NCBI GenBank assembly: GCA_000004985.1
Contig: GG738876.1
From: Naegleria gruberi
Lineage: Eukaryota
Reading direction: 5' to 3' (one strand)
DNA length: 64,000 nt
The first letter of the stretch is position 1, and each line of letters begins with the position of its first letter. The position numbers and the translations under genes were made by a program. The notes beneath the pieces are model-generated. The model saw only the letters and a list, made by a program, of their open reading frames with translations, was not told where the DNA came from and made no database searches. Shown here piece after piece: positions 44,805 to 57,176 of the stretch.

Positions 44805-46837
44805 ATGGGAAATGGAAAATCAAAGGAAGGAGGAAAAGGTGGTTTGTTAGCCGTGTCGAGAAATTCCCTCGATGAAGGTCCTCCTGCAAAATCCTCTTCC
44901 AGTGTAAAACCAAATCAAAGAGTTAATATCTATGTTGATGAAACGTCGGTTAAGAATAATAATAATACTACTACTACATCTAATATGAATAATAATAATA
45001 ATAACAATACTAATAATAATAATAGCCTTCATCAGAGTCAACTTTCCAATGATTCATCATCAACTAATAATAATACAACAACAACAACAGCAACTCCACC
45101 CTCCAATAATCAAAATCCAAACACAGCAACAGGAACAACAATTTCCAATACCAATACAGATAGTACCACATCATCATCACCCAACGCGTCGACTAACAAT
45201 TCTGTTCTCACTCCTTCGAATCAGCAACAACAACATCATGTAACTTTTGGCGCCAATACTGGTTCTTCTTCGTCTATTGTTTTTGGTGTTGATGTGAGTG
45301 TGGCGGTTCAGAGAAGCTGTAAATTAATTCTCAAAATGTTACTCCAGAAAAAACAACAAGAATCAGGCGCTGCTGCTGCTGATAGTTCTCCTCCTCCTCC
45401 TCAGGAAAGTATTTCGGAAGAAAAAGTATGTTAATTTAATTATTATTTCAAGTGTTCTAATAGAATTTTATTATTTTGATATTATTGTTATTGTTATCGT
45501 AATTGATTACGATGATGATGATTTTAATTATTATGAATGATGATTTTAATAGAAGAATGAATATAAACATCCATTGGCAAGTGATGAAGAAATAGAAGCC
45601 ATAGAGAAAGTATGTGCCAATCTAGAAACTTTATTCATTCCGGAAGTATTACGTCAATGTCTTAGATTTTTAAATTACTATTCATCTCTTCTTGAACAAG
45701 GTGTCTATCGTATACCTGGAGATACACAGAAAATGAAAGAATATAGAGAAGTATTTGATAAAGGTCAGTCCATTGACTTTTTGGCAGAGAATCGAGAAAT
45801 TGATAGAAAGAGAAAGGAAGCACAAGAAAATGGAGTTACTGTTGATATAGTGCATCACGGAGTAAGTATTTATTCGAAAGTATAATATTCTCATTATCAT
45901 CATTATAATCACAATGAACATCATCACAACAATAGATTAAACATGATGCTCATGATGTGGCTGGTCTCATTAAATTGTTCTTGAGAGAGCTTCCTGGAGA
46001 TTATCATTTATTTACATCACAAACAGCTCCTGAATTTTCCATTTCACATTTGAAGAATTTTGCAACAGAGGAAGAAAAAGTTGAATCAGTGAGGACAAGT
46101 TTACTTCGAGTACCAAGAGCTAATAGAGATACTTTGAAAGCTCTGTGTGAACACTTTAGACTGATAATCAAATACGAGAAATCTAACAAGATGACAACTG
46201 ACAATTTACTCAAATGGTATGTTTTAATTTTTCACATAATTTTTCAATAACATTTGATCCTATTCAAATGAAATTATCGCAACAATCTTCTTTCATCATC
46301 TGGAACAATAACAGTATATGTGGAACATCACCTTATGTATTGGCTTTCTATTTTATGGTTCAATTCTATGATATAGTTTTCAGAGAGGAGGAAAAGAAAG
46401 AACCATCTAAACCATTAACAGAAGAGGAAATGAACTCGACCAAGAATATTGAATGGTTGCTAAGAGCTCAAAATGATAACAAAAATGTACTCAGTCTGGG
46501 TAATCTTTCACACCTCACTGGAGGAAATAACAATTTATCAAATGAAGCACTTGCAGGTAAAGCCATGAGTGCTAGGGAAAGTAGAAGAAAGTCGTACTAT
46601 CAAAGACAGCAAAGAAATGACAGCACAGCATCTGAAGATACACCAACTACTGCCACTGACCAATCTGATTTTGCCTCCCCAGCAACAAATGATAATTCCA
46701 ATTCTGATTTAGATCCAATAACTTTAGCACTATTGAAAATGAAAAAGGACAAGGATACACAAAACGAAAACACAATTGCCACAGACAATGTAGACTCACA
46801 AGAACAAAATGATTCTTCGATTACAGTTGAGATGTAA
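44805..46837 (+). CDS. RhoGAP-domain protein with N-myristoylation signal (4 exons: 44805..45425, 45553..45861, 45936..46216, 46315..46837; ~577 aa)
   Basis: Start MGNGKSKEGGKGG (MGxxxS plus polybasic). Poly-N/T linker. RhoGAP motifs GVYRIPGDTQKMKEY (arginine finger), DAHDVAGLIKLFLRELP, and NKMTTDNL. Introns 1 and 2 are well supported (gtatgt...ttaatag and gtaagt...aacaatag, both phase 0). Intron 3 (46217..46314, gtatgt...aataacag, phase 2) is inferred to restore the frame, so the exon 3/4 junction is less certain. Confidence 0.65.
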
Positions 46838-47603
46838 AATGTGAATGTTGCCATGTTTCCAATTTAACCTTTTTCGTAGTGTTATTGAAAAGGTACATTA
46901 TGAATTTCGAGTTAATGCAAATATAAACTATTAAATTTTCTTTAAAGTTTCTTTAAAAATTATGAAAAGCGCAATAACAATTAATAATTAATGTTTGGAT
47001 TCTTCACGAAAAAAGTGATAGAAGGCTCAGGTAGACCTCTTTTCACAGCAATCCAATCTTCCTGACTTCTGCCACCCATATTGTATTGGTATATTTCGTT
47101 TGCTGAATAGATTGCTGACAATCTTATTAAAGGTATTATTAACAACAATGATGGCAACAATTGAGATTGCAACATTTTGGTTTTCCTTTAATTTGTTTGA
47201 AGATTTTGTATCCAATTTGAACTTTCATTGAATGAAGATCTTGTAATCTTCCCATTTGAATTCCTATCCCACTCCTTTTGATTCCAAGTTTCAGTTGCAA
47301 CAGTAATTATCAAAGTATCTCGATATGGAAATGATTGAAAATATCACACAGAACTCAGCATGTCTTTTTTCACATGTGCATTACAACATCCACCTCTGCA
47401 TCCAATTGTAAATGATCCTTCACATTGAAAAATTCCACACTTCTCTTCATAGTTTCCACTTCTTATTCGGACTCTAAATTATTTCGATAATTTTCAAAAA
47501 TTAAAAATTTAAAAAAACTCGTTGAAAAAAAAGCGAAAAAACCTCAAACCGAATTTTTTGTGGAATATTTTTCATCACCCTTTATCGTCATCTTCATCAT
47601 AAT

Positions 47604-48833
47604 ATGTCTTCCTCCGCACCACCAGTTCTTCCAAAGGGAAGTACCATGAGAGATATTTTCGATTATTGCGAAAAGAATGGATTAGATTCTGTTGCGCAAG
47701 GTATGATTGAATTGGCTCCTCCTATTAAATTGAGAGGTTTGCTTCAACATATTACTATGGATGATTCTGTCCATCAATATAGATTACGTATGGGTCAACC
47801 AATTTATAGAGAAGGCTTGTTGAACATGTTGCATAATCACTATGGAATGAAGAATTTAACAGTTGATAACATTTTGGCTGTTCAAGGTGTTACTGCTGGA
47901 TGTCTTTCTACATTGTTGTGGTTGAAGGAACAAGGTAAATCACAAATCGGATTAATGACACCATTCTATACTTATCACTTGCGTGATATTGAAAGTGTTT
48001 TTGGTAATACTAAAGAAGCTTTGGAAAAGCATGCCAGATTCATTAAATTAGGTCCTGCTCCAAACTTTGATATTGATTTTGATGATATTGAAGAAAATTA
48101 TTTAAAGAAGGGATTGTTGGACTGTTTAATGATTTGTAACCCAGGTAATCCAACTACTCGTGTCTATGAAAAGGATGAATTGGAAAGACTTGTTCGTTTG
48201 TGTGCCAAATATGATTGTTATGTCTTGTTGGATGAATGTTATTGTGACATGGTTTGGAGAAGGGATGAAAATGGAAAGACTACCATTGATTTTGTTTATT
48301 GTCCACAAGCTAACGATGAAATTTTGAATACTTTGAAGAATGTTATTGTCTGTAGAGGTTTCTCAAAGAATATGGGATGTCAATCATGGCGTTGTGGTTA
48401 TGTTATTGCTCATCAAGATGTTATTAATTCATTGATGCGTACTCATGATCCATTGTACATTTGTGTTCCATATTTCCAACATGCTTTGGGTGAATATTTG
48501 AAGGATGATTTGCCAGATTTTGCTAGACATGTTAGAGAAACAGGTCAATTGATGCTTGATAACTTGGAAGTTTTGAAGGAAGCTTTCTCAAAGAGTTTGG
48601 GTTGGAAATTATATCAACCAAGTGGTTCCATGTATGCTTTATTCCAACATGAATCTGCTTCTGATTTGGATGCTGTTGTTGAAGCTCTTAAATTGGGTGT
48701 TGGTGTCTCTCCTGCCAGCATTTTCTATCCACCAGGTGTTGATAATAGTGGAATGATTAGAATTCACTTGGGTATTTCACACGAAAAGGCCAAGAGAATT
48801 GCTAAACAATTGGTTGAACGTTCTCAAAAGTAA
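47604..48833 (+). CDS. PLP-dependent aminotransferase, class I/II fold (409 aa)
   Basis: NPGNPTT motif and PLP-lysine motif FSKNMGCQSWRCGY (SxSKxxG.xGxRxG). Length is typical. Confidence 0.8.
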   Translation: MSSSAPPVLPKGSTMRDIFDYCEKNGLDSVAQGMIELAPPIKLRGLLQHITMDDSVHQYRLRMGQPIYREGLLNMLHNHYGMKNLTVDNILAVQGVTAGCLSTLLWLKEQGKSQIGLMTPFYTYHLRDIESVFGNTKEALEKHARFIKLGPAPNFDIDFDDIEENYLKKGLLDCLMICNPGNPTTRVYEKDELERLVRLCAKYDCYVLLDECYCDMVWRRDENGKTTIDFVYCPQANDEILNTLKNVIVCRGFSKNMGCQSWRCGYVIAHQDVINSLMRTHDPLYICVPYFQHALGEYLKDDLPDFARHVRETGQLMLDNLEVLKEAFSKSLGWKLYQPSGSMYALFQHESASDLDAVVEALKLGVGVSPASIFYPPGVDNSGMIRIHLGISHEKAKRIAKQLVERSQK

Positions 48834-49000
48834 ATTGATTGTTCTTTATTAGCAGTTTATTGGAATTTCTATATGGACTAGAGTGAAACTTCTTTGTCTA
48901 TTCCTTGTACAATCAACGAATAAGTTTAAAAACTGAATCAGAATCAGTGAAAACCTCTCCTAGATGAAATATTGTGAGGGAACTTTTCCTTAATAAAAAA

Positions 49001-49585
49001 ATGTCCATTCTCTATGCAGCCATCTACCAATTTCAATCTTCAGATAATCCAGTTCTTCTCGGAGAGGGTCCAAAATCGAGTGAATTAAGCACGACCATTT
49101 CCAAGAAGGTATTGCCTTTGTGTTTATTTTCTTCATCATCAAAGACCGATGATCAAAAGCAAGCCATCACACATGGTCCTATTCAATATTCCTATGTGGT
49201 CTCCAAGCAGGTAATTTATGTGGTGGCCGCAGAGAAGGGAACCAAGTTGAGAGTGCTCTCGGATTTTCTCAGAGTTTTGGAAGATAAATTTACATGTATT
49301 AATGATAAGAAACAACCAGGAAGAGTTTCAAAATTCATCTTGGCCTGTGTTAAGCAATACAATACAGATCCTACCAAGATGGATAAGATTGCACAAATGG
49401 AGGAAAAGATTGAGACAGTTAAGGATAGTATGATGAATAATATTGATGAAGTTTTAAAGAGAGGAGAACGTGTGGAAAAGCTACAAGGTGATACTGGTGA
49501 GTTGGAGGACATAACAGCTGATTTTAAGAAGAATACTAGAAGTGTAAAGAGAAGACAAGTTGGTAATTCATGTCAAATCCTATAA
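49001..49585 (+). CDS. YKT6-like longin R-SNARE with C-terminal CAAX box (194 aa)
   Basis: First ATG at 49001 (MSILYAAIYQF...; the track start is GTG upstream). Longin domain, SNARE heptads (DKIAQMEEKIETVKDSMMNNIDEVLKRGERVEKLQ), no TM, C-terminus ...NSCQIL (CaaX, geranylgeranyl-type). Confidence 0.75.
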   Translation: MSILYAAIYQFQSSDNPVLLGEGPKSSELSTTISKKVLPLCLFSSSSKTDDQKQAITHGPIQYSYVVSKQVIYVVAAEKGTKLRVLSDFLRVLEDKFTCINDKKQPGRVSKFILACVKQYNTDPTKMDKIAQMEEKIETVKDSMMNNIDEVLKRGERVEKLQGDTGELEDITADFKKNTRSVKRRQVGNSCQIL

Positions 49586-49657
49586 TTGTACATTAATATA
49601 TTAATTTCTTCACATATTATAGCTTGGTCCAAATCCTCTTTTAAAAGATAGTGAACT

Positions 49658-52600
49658 TTAAATGTCAAGTCGAACATCATCTGCAGTTTCGACAACCTTC
49701 TTGACTAAAACTTCCTTATGTAATTGTCCAATAAGTCTTCCCATCCAAACAACAAACAAATCGTCAATTCTCAATTGAGAGAAGAGAAGGTGAGCAATGA
49801 GGGCTGGTGTATCTTCACTTATGGCAACAGGACATGTTTGATAATCGAGCGAAATCCTTTCACTTCTTGGATTATTATTGTCTTGTAACTCGATAGTGTG
49901 ATTGGAATTTTGATTTTCTTCAGTGAGGGCAGGCTCCCACCCAAAATATAATGATTCACCTCTTGACAAGAGTTTGGTTGACAAATTCTCTTTTTCTTCT
50001 TGATGTTCTGGATGTTCTTGAGTATTACCACTATTACTGTGGCTAGACTCCTCCTGTTCGATTGCTTGCTTTTTCAAATTGTAAATATTTTGTAATTGAA
50101 TTAAAGAAATAGTACCCAATAAGAACATATCCTTCTTGCTATTGACAACTGGGAATGTCTTTGGCAGAACCTTTCTATTTTCTAAAATAGTTTCCAACTC
50201 ACTAAATGAAGCATTTTCCTCAAAAACTATTAAAGAATCTGCATAATTCATAATATCCTTAACAGTGAAATTATCATTGTCCGTTTGTGCTTCCAACAAT
50301 GCTGGCCAACCTTTGAGTTTGATAATTGAATCATAAATGTTCAAAGTTAAGGATCTACTAATCTTGACTGCAATAATGGCTGCCATTAGAGAGGGTAAAT
50401 AGACTCCAGTACCAGCCACTTCCAATAAGATAAATACTGTACTAAAAGCATGAGTAGCACTAGCAGACAGGGCAACAGCACCAACAATTGCATAGCCTCC
50501 AGCATTGATAGCATATTCTGAATTGGTGTATCCATTTTGGAACATAAAGTGCATCACTTCACCCCAGAAACGACCAACACCAGCACCCATAACAACGAGA
50601 GGTACGTAAATACCTGCAGGGATTGGTAAGGAAACTGAAATAAAGCTAAGCAAAATTCTGAAAACGAGGAAAATACTCAAGTGGGCAAAAAGCTCATTAT
50701 AATAATTTACACCTTTTGTTCCTTCACTGATCCATGCTCCAATTGCTCCATTTTCTGGTAGTAATTGTTGTCCGTAAAATAAGCTTTCCAATGTTTGACT
50801 AACAGAAAGTGACATGAATTTTCCAAACAAATAAGGGAATGTTATAACACTAGTAATGATTGCAATCAAAACAGACCAAAGGAAAATATTTTGGAGTGGA
50901 TACAAGTATTTCTTTCCATTCAGTTTTCCAAATTTGAAAAATCCCAAATAATATCCTCCAAATCTATTTCTCAATCGAAGAAGTTTGTCATTGATAAAAA
51001 CAAATCCTACGCCCATAAGTCCAAGGAATGCTCCTAAAAGTGCATATGAAATTAAATCTGGAATGGTATATGCTGGCAATGAAAATCTAATGTGCCAAAC
51101 AAATGACAAGTAAATAGTGCCATCAGTTGCAGCGTGTAAAAGACGAGAAGTAAGAGCAGCAACTACGGCCACATAGAAAGACTTGATATAAGTTCTCAAT
51201 GAATAGTATGTACCGATAGCTTCCAGAGCTAGTAATACACCACCTCCAGGTGTACCAAAGTTTGCACCAACACCCATGGCCTAATGAAATTATAGTTCAT
51301 TCAACAACCAGAAAGAGAAAATCAACTTACACAACCACAGGCAATCATTTGAGCTCTCAAGGTCTTACTATCCTTAATGCCTTTGAATATTTTCAATTTC
51401 AGTAAATTATCAGCCAGTGAAGCTCCTATGGTGATTACAGGACCAACTCGACCTACAAACATGCTCGCTCCAATCACTAGAGGCAAACAAAATACTCTTA
51501 CAAATAAAGTTTTAAATGCTACTGGATCTTTGAGTGAATCGACACCAGTCTGAAATATTGAATCAGTTTCTGTTATCAATAAATTTGAAATATATCATGA
51601 TAAACATACCAAAATTGCTTTGATTGCTGGAACACCACTTCCTTCAGCAGTTGGAGCGACCCAAGCAGTCATGAATAAACAAAATATAATAAAGGTAATA
51701 TTATACAAGACCCACATTACCATCTTGACAGCATTTCTTGACGTTTCATCTGTTATGTAATTGAATTGTTCAATTAGTTCCCATCTCCCAATTTCCATAT
51801 ATGTTATAACAATATCCTGTACAAAGACAATCAAACCTCCCAAGAGCCCTAAAATACTCAAGAATGTCCACACATATTTCTGTGCTGCGAAATCAGTGTA
51901 CTTTTTAAATAACCTCTTGATATCAAATCTTCCTCCACTGGAAACAGTGGCAAGTCCTCGTTCCTTTAACTCTTTCACTTTCATTTCAAAATCGTGAGCT
52001 GTGTGCAGAATTTTAAGCATTGTGTAAGTATTAATTTGGTCAAATGAGGCACTTGTTGAAATGTTAAAATTACTAAATGCTGATTTCTTTTGTACTGTTG
52101 GTGGTGTCTGCAATCCAATATCTCTATCATCATTAAAATCCTCATTCGTTTCATTATTTCTTCTATTAAATATTGTGGTCATTTGTCCATATCTTGTTTT
52201 CGTTGTATCCTCTATTCCTAATTTCACCTCATTCTCATCCAACATGGGTACATCGGAAAAGTTTAATTTATCAGAACATGATGAACTACTCCTACTATGA
52301 TCTGTTCCTGCTGAATTAGGAGTAATGATAACTCCAGAATTTACAGAATTTGCAGAGTTTGTTCTACTGTGAGAGGGAGGTTTTTGAGTTTTTGATTTTT
52401 CCTCTTCCTTCTTCGGAATTGCTTTCATTCCAGGAGGAGGCATAATATATGTAGTACTTGGAGAACTTGGGCTCTCCACAACAATTACTTCCTCATCCTC
52501 CGAATCATCTGCATAATCATAGAATGGATTTCTTTCCAGAACAGCATTAATTACATCATTGTTGAGGTAGGAAGGTGTTGCTGGAGTTTTTACAGAATTA

Positions 52601-52680
52601 GTAGAACCACTTGCTCCTCTATTATTGCTATTCAAACTATTTGTACTAGCAGCCTTTGAGCCACCAAATCTAAAGGACAT
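49658..52680 (-). CDS. CLC-family chloride channel / H+-Cl- exchanger with C-terminal CBS domains (3 exons: 51610..52680, 51331..51549, 49658..51280; ~970 aa)
   Basis: CLC selectivity motifs GSGVP (exon 1), GRVGPVI (exon 2), GANFGTPGGGVL and PIPAGIYVP (exon 3). Introns are 60 nt (gtatgt...tttcag) and 50 nt (gtaagt...cattag), both phase 0. Long S/N-rich N-terminus. Confidence 0.85.
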
Positions 52681-53046
52681 CCAAAATTATAATATATATA
52701 TTTAATAATATTGATAATAATAATAATGATGATAAATTGGAATAAGATGATGCAGAAGTGTATTACACTGCGTGCCAATAATATGCTGTTTGAAAAAACA
52801 GTGCACAAACTAACAACAAAATTATTCAAATTCCGATGTTGAAAGTTGCTGACCAAAGATGATGAAATATTTTTTCTGTTGTGGTGATCTTCTCCAAATT
52901 ACAAATTATCCGTAAATTCATATTCTCGCCAATTCATCAAATTAAAAAATAATTGAGCTGTAGTTGATATTTGTAATCTTTGGAACAAACAATGTTCTCA
53001 GAACATTCAATAAACTCGTTTACAATTTCTGGTTTGTTAGTGAAAT

Positions 53047-56000
53047 ATGGGAGCTGTGCGTTTAGAATCGAAAAAAAAAATGGCCGATAATCTTTCCACT
53101 GTCTCTGTTGCACGTGGAGGTGAGGATGATGGCACTGGTTTGATTGGTCAATTGCCGAATGAATTGATCAAACAAATATTTTACTATTGTAGTGGGAAGG
53201 AGGAAGTACAAAATTTAGCACTCACCAACAAGCTTTTATATTCAATTTTTGATGCCGAGATGGAATTGAATTTAGATCGGCTAAGATTGGGATTTTTGAA
53301 TGGAAGAGTAAAAAAGGAGAGTAGACTTTCACGTCTATTGGAGTTGTACAATTCTAATAATGGTGAAATGTTGACATATGACCAATACTTTGTGGATAAG
53401 AATTTAATGTACAAGGAGGCCTATACTGATAGAATTCAAGTACCTTCTCTGGATGCTGGTGATGAAGAAATTAATAGAGAGGATTTTATTAAGTCCATGC
53501 TATGTGATATTCCAGCCTCTCGTAATATGAAATTGAATGAAGATGATGAAGATAATGAGAAAGAAGATGAGGAAAAGGAGGATAAGGATAGTGATGAAGA
53601 GGAAGAAGCTCCAAAAAAGAAGAAACGAAAACTTTCTAAAAAAGCAAGGAAAAGATTTGACGATGAAGATATGAATGATGACGAAGATGAAGAACAAGAT
53701 GATGAAGAAGGGGATAGTGACGACGAAGAAGAAGCAAAAGTTGCCAAAGCAAAGAAAGGATTTGAAGCTAATACTCTCAATGAATTCAAGACTAGAATTA
53801 ACAAATTGCTCAAGAAAAACACTTTGGCTGCAACAATTTCGAACATCATCTTTGAATTCAACAAGTCTTCCAATATCAAATTCATTATTGCAGGTGGTTT
53901 TGTGCTTCATTGCATTACTGGGTGTAGTTCATGTGATATTGATATTTTCTGTATCAATAATGGAGAAGATGACAAGAGTGTGGATATTGCTTTCAAGAAG
54001 GTTCTTGCTATCATTGAAAAGAAATTGAAAGAAGAATCTATCGAGTATAGAGTGTTGAAAACTAATGGTACACTCAACATTATGCCTAAGATTAGTGGAG
54101 AACGAACAAAATTCCAAAACAAGTATCCAGACTCAAGCACACCAGATAATAAGTTGGGCGTTCAATTTGTTTTGAGAAGAGTTGCCTCTATTGAAGAGCT
54201 TATGTGTTTTTTCGATATTGACGCATGTAGATTTTCATTTGATGGTGAAAAGGTCTATACTATATTGGAAGGGTTACGTGCTTTGCAGTACAATATGAAT
54301 TTTATTGGAAGAGAACATATTTCAACTATTCTCTATTATGATAGAGCTATCAAGTATAGCAGAAGAGGCTTTGGAACTTTCAGTGTTGACTTTCATCACC
54401 CACTCCAACACCGTTTGCACATTCAACCTTTTGTGACTTGGTTGAGAAAATTCTTTGGTGAACATTACTTTAATGATGATCCACAAGTTATTGAAGATGA
54501 TCCTTATTATTCAGGATATTCTAATTGGGATGAATATTCTCATTTAGCACCTTATATGTTTGTTCACATTTATGGCAACGGAGACGAAGAACAAAATTAT
54601 GGAAATAGAGATATTGATGAAGACAATTATTACACTGTCATTTTAAGAAGTGTAGACTATTGGTTGATTGACAAGTTTTGCAATCATCCAATCAGAACCG
54701 TTCTTTCTAGCTTGTGGGAATATTATTCAGATGGTAGATATATTAATGATTTAAAAAAGGTTAAAGTAGAGGATAACGTAGACGGAGATGAGGAATTGAT
54801 TGAATCAATTGCAACACACATTGAAAAGCATGATGTTCACTATTTTTGTAAAGACATTTCAGAATTGTTGCAAAAGAACCAATCTATTTACATTACCGAG
54901 GGCTATTTAGATAGTCACTTGATGAAAAAGTACAAGTATTACAAGTGCTATATTTGTGGAAAGTATTCTCATATTACAAAGAAGAAGAAGTGTGAAAATA
55001 CAGATTTTTGTTCGGAATGTCACAAATTCAATGAGAGAGCCAAGTCACTCCGTAGAGATTTGAATGATAAGGTAGCCATAGTAACAGGTGCTAGAGCCAA
55101 GATTGGTTATGAAACTGCCTTGTTATTGCTTAGAATGAAATGTACTGTTGCTGCTACTTCCAGATTTGCACACAATGCCTTTGACAAGTTCAAGTTAGAG
55201 AAGGATTTTAATGACTGGAAAGATAGATTACTTGTTTATCCATTAAATTTGAAAGATGGTAAATCAGTGATGGAATTTATTGAATTTATCAAGAAGAAAT
55301 TCAAGCATATCGATATCATTATTAACAATGCAGCTCAAACCGTCCGAAGACCAGTCACTTATTATCAACCTCTTATTGAAATTGAATTGAAAAATTGTGA
55401 TAGTCCTCTTCCTCTTTCCCTTCCAACTGAAAATAAGGATGTCAAGGAATTGCAAGTACTCAGCAATAATTTGATTGAACAAACCATTCGATGCACCAAA
55501 GAGACAAGTCTTCCTGAGGATTTATCTTACATACCAACTAGTGAGAAGGATAAGTTTGGAGAGTTTATTGATAAGAGAAAGCTCAACAGTTGGAATCAAT
55601 CGTTGACTGATACTTCGACTATTGAATTGGTAGAGGCTCAAATGATTAACAATGTTGCTCCAACTCTTATTGTTTCAAATTTGCAGGGAGTCATGACACC
55701 TGACTATGATAAGGCTGATGGCGATAGTAATCCAAATGATTCTCTTGCATTGGGCTATTCTTTCATTATTAATGTGAGTTCTCACGAAGGTCAATTCAAC
55801 ACAACTGGAAAGACAGACAATCACATCCATACCAACACTTCCAAAGCATCATTGAACATGCTTACCAGATCTGGTGCTAATCAATTTGCCAAGAGTGGTA
55901 TTTTGATGAATAGTGTTGATACTGGATGGGTTTCATCAGCAATCAAAACATTCAAAGATCCTGTACTAAATTGTGAAGATGCTGCCTACAGAATTTTATA

Positions 56001-56067
56001 CCCAATCCTTTCAGGATCTTTGGATTATGGTAAATTGTACAAAGATTACAAAGTGGTAGATTGGTAA
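53047..56067 (+). CDS. Large multidomain protein (1006 aa): F-box-like N-terminus, acidic/KKKRK linker, Cys-rich zinc-ribbon-like segment and C-terminal short-chain dehydrogenase/reductase (SDR) Rossmann domain
   Basis: N-terminal LPNELIKQIFYY (F-box-like). D/E-rich linker with KKKRKLSKKARKR (NLS-like). CxxC...CxxC at YKCYICGK...CSECHKF. SDR motifs VAIVTGARAKIGYETAL (TGxxxGxG), NNAAQT, and SKASLNML, in which the canonical catalytic Tyr appears replaced (HTNTSKASL). An in-frame ATG also occurs at 53080. Confidence 0.6.
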   Translation: MGAVRLESKKKMADNLSTVSVARGGEDDGTGLIGQLPNELIKQIFYYCSGKEEVQNLALTNKLLYSIFDAEMELNLDRLRLGFLNGRVKKESRLSRLLELYNSNNGEMLTYDQYFVDKNLMYKEAYTDRIQVPSLDAGDEEINREDFIKSMLCDIPASRNMKLNEDDEDNEKEDEEKEDKDSDEEEEAPKKKKRKLSKKARKRFDDEDMNDDEDEEQDDEEGDSDDEEEAKVAKAKKGFEANTLNEFKTRINKLLKKNTLAATISNIIFEFNKSSNIKFIIAGGFVLHCITGCSSCDIDIFCINNGEDDKSVDIAFKKVLAIIEKKLKEESIEYRVLKTNGTLNIMPKISGERTKFQNKYPDSSTPDNKLGVQFVLRRVASIEELMCFFDIDACRFSFDGEKVYTILEGLRALQYNMNFIGREHISTILYYDRAIKYSRRGFGTFSVDFHHPLQHRLHIQPFVTWLRKFFGEHYFNDDPQVIEDDPYYSGYSNWDEYSHLAPYMFVHIYGNGDEEQNYGNRDIDEDNYYTVILRSVDYWLIDKFCNHPIRTVLSSLWEYYSDGRYINDLKKVKVEDNVDGDEELIESIATHIEKHDVHYFCKDISELLQKNQSIYITEGYLDSHLMKKYKYYKCYICGKYSHITKKKKCENTDFCSECHKFNERAKSLRRDLNDKVAIVTGARAKIGYETALLLLRMKCTVAATSRFAHNAFDKFKLEKDFNDWKDRLLVYPLNLKDGKSVMEFIEFIKKKFKHIDIIINNAAQTVRRPVTYYQPLIEIELKNCDSPLPLSLPTENKDVKELQVLSNNLIEQTIRCTKETSLPEDLSYIPTSEKDKFGEFIDKRKLNSWNQSLTDTSTIELVEAQMINNVAPTLIVSNLQGVMTPDYDKADGDSNPNDSLALGYSFIINVSSHEGQFNTTGKTDNHIHTNTSKASLNMLTRSGANQFAKSGILMNSVDTGWVSSAIKTFKDPVLNCEDAAYRILYPILSGSLDYGKLYKDYKVVDW

Positions 56068-56485
56068 ATTATCTATTTATGGTAACAACTCAAAATGAAT
56101 AAACTACTTTTTAACACCTTTGATTTATCTTCCTTTTCTTTATTAGAAGCATCAAACTTTAATAAATACAATTCGTTTCTTGCTAACCGAATCAATTATC
56201 ATTACAAAAAAACCAAAACAATTAATCTACTGAGAAGTTGAAGATGGTTCTCTCCAATTTAATTTTGATCATTTTGGCAATCCTTCTACCACCTGTACCT
56301 GTTGCCATCAAGGTAAGTGTTTAAATTGATTCTATTCGAAACTAAACAATAACTATAGACTGGCTGCAGTTTCCACCTCTTGATTAACATTATTCTCCTC
56401 ATTCTAACGGTTTACATAGGGGCACTAATACACGCGATATACGTCATTGTAGCAGTTCATTAGCTGAAATAAAAGTTTATTTTGA

Positions 56486-57082
56486 TTAGTCATGAATTTT
56501 ACCATTTGCAATCACAGAAAGATTGGAAACCAATCCATCCAATTGAGAATGTTGTCTTCCTCCTCCATTATAAATGATCTTTCCAATAGAAATCTTGTCA
56601 GATCTTGAATATTCCAAATTTCCTTGATATGCCTTAACAGAACCAACAACATTACCATTGACAGTAAGAATGGATCCATGGTGCTTATTATATCTCCATT
56701 CTATGTGATGTTTCTCATTTAATCTCAAAGGTTCACTGTCATTGGTCAAGGCAATCAATTTTCCGTTTATATTTCCATAAACACCAACAACTCCAGGTTT
56801 TTTATCAGAATCTTTTCCAAACAAGTAGAAGGTAAAGACCCATTTTGAACTATCTGATAAATCTCCCATGCTAATAATCATGGAACAATACTTGTTGGCG
56901 AAAGAATTGATAACCACATCAAACGAAACCAAAACTTCACCTCTAATCACGCTGTATAGAAAGGAAACTTCCTTTTTCAAAGAATCAACTTGTTGTTCAA
57001 GAGATGGTTGAAATGAATCCTGTTGAGATTGTGTAATTTGCATACTGGACTTTTTTTTTGGTGTTTGAGAGCTTTTGAACAT
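56486..57082 (-). CDS. Hypothetical beta-rich protein (~198 aa from first ATG), possibly lectin/jelly-roll-like
   Basis: The ORF 56486..57115 starts at a GTG; first ATG is at 57080-57082 (MFKSSQTPKKK...). No motif identified. Confidence 0.35.
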   Translation of the reverse strand: MFKSSQTPKKKSSMQITQSQQDSFQPSLEQQVDSLKKEVSFLYSVIRGEVLVSFDVVINSFANKYCSMIISMGDLSDSSKWVFTFYLFGKDSDKKPGVVGVYGNINGKLIALTNDSEPLRLNEKHHIEWRYNKHHGSILTVNGNVVGSVKAYQGNLEYSRSDKISIGKIIYNGGGRQHSQLDGLVSNLSVIANGKIHD

Positions 57083-57176
57083 ATTAGAGGTCGAATGAAA
57101 CGTGAAAAATACCAAACGTGATGAATCACTGATTGAAGATGTGAATGAGTGTTTAGCTAGTCATTTATTCATTGTA

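Noticed and set aside
44940-45130. (AAT)n / (ACA)n microsatellite-like tracts at 44940-45130
   Set aside because: They lie inside the RhoGAP exon 1 reading frame and encode poly-N/poly-T. I treated them as coding low-complexity rather than a separate repeat feature.
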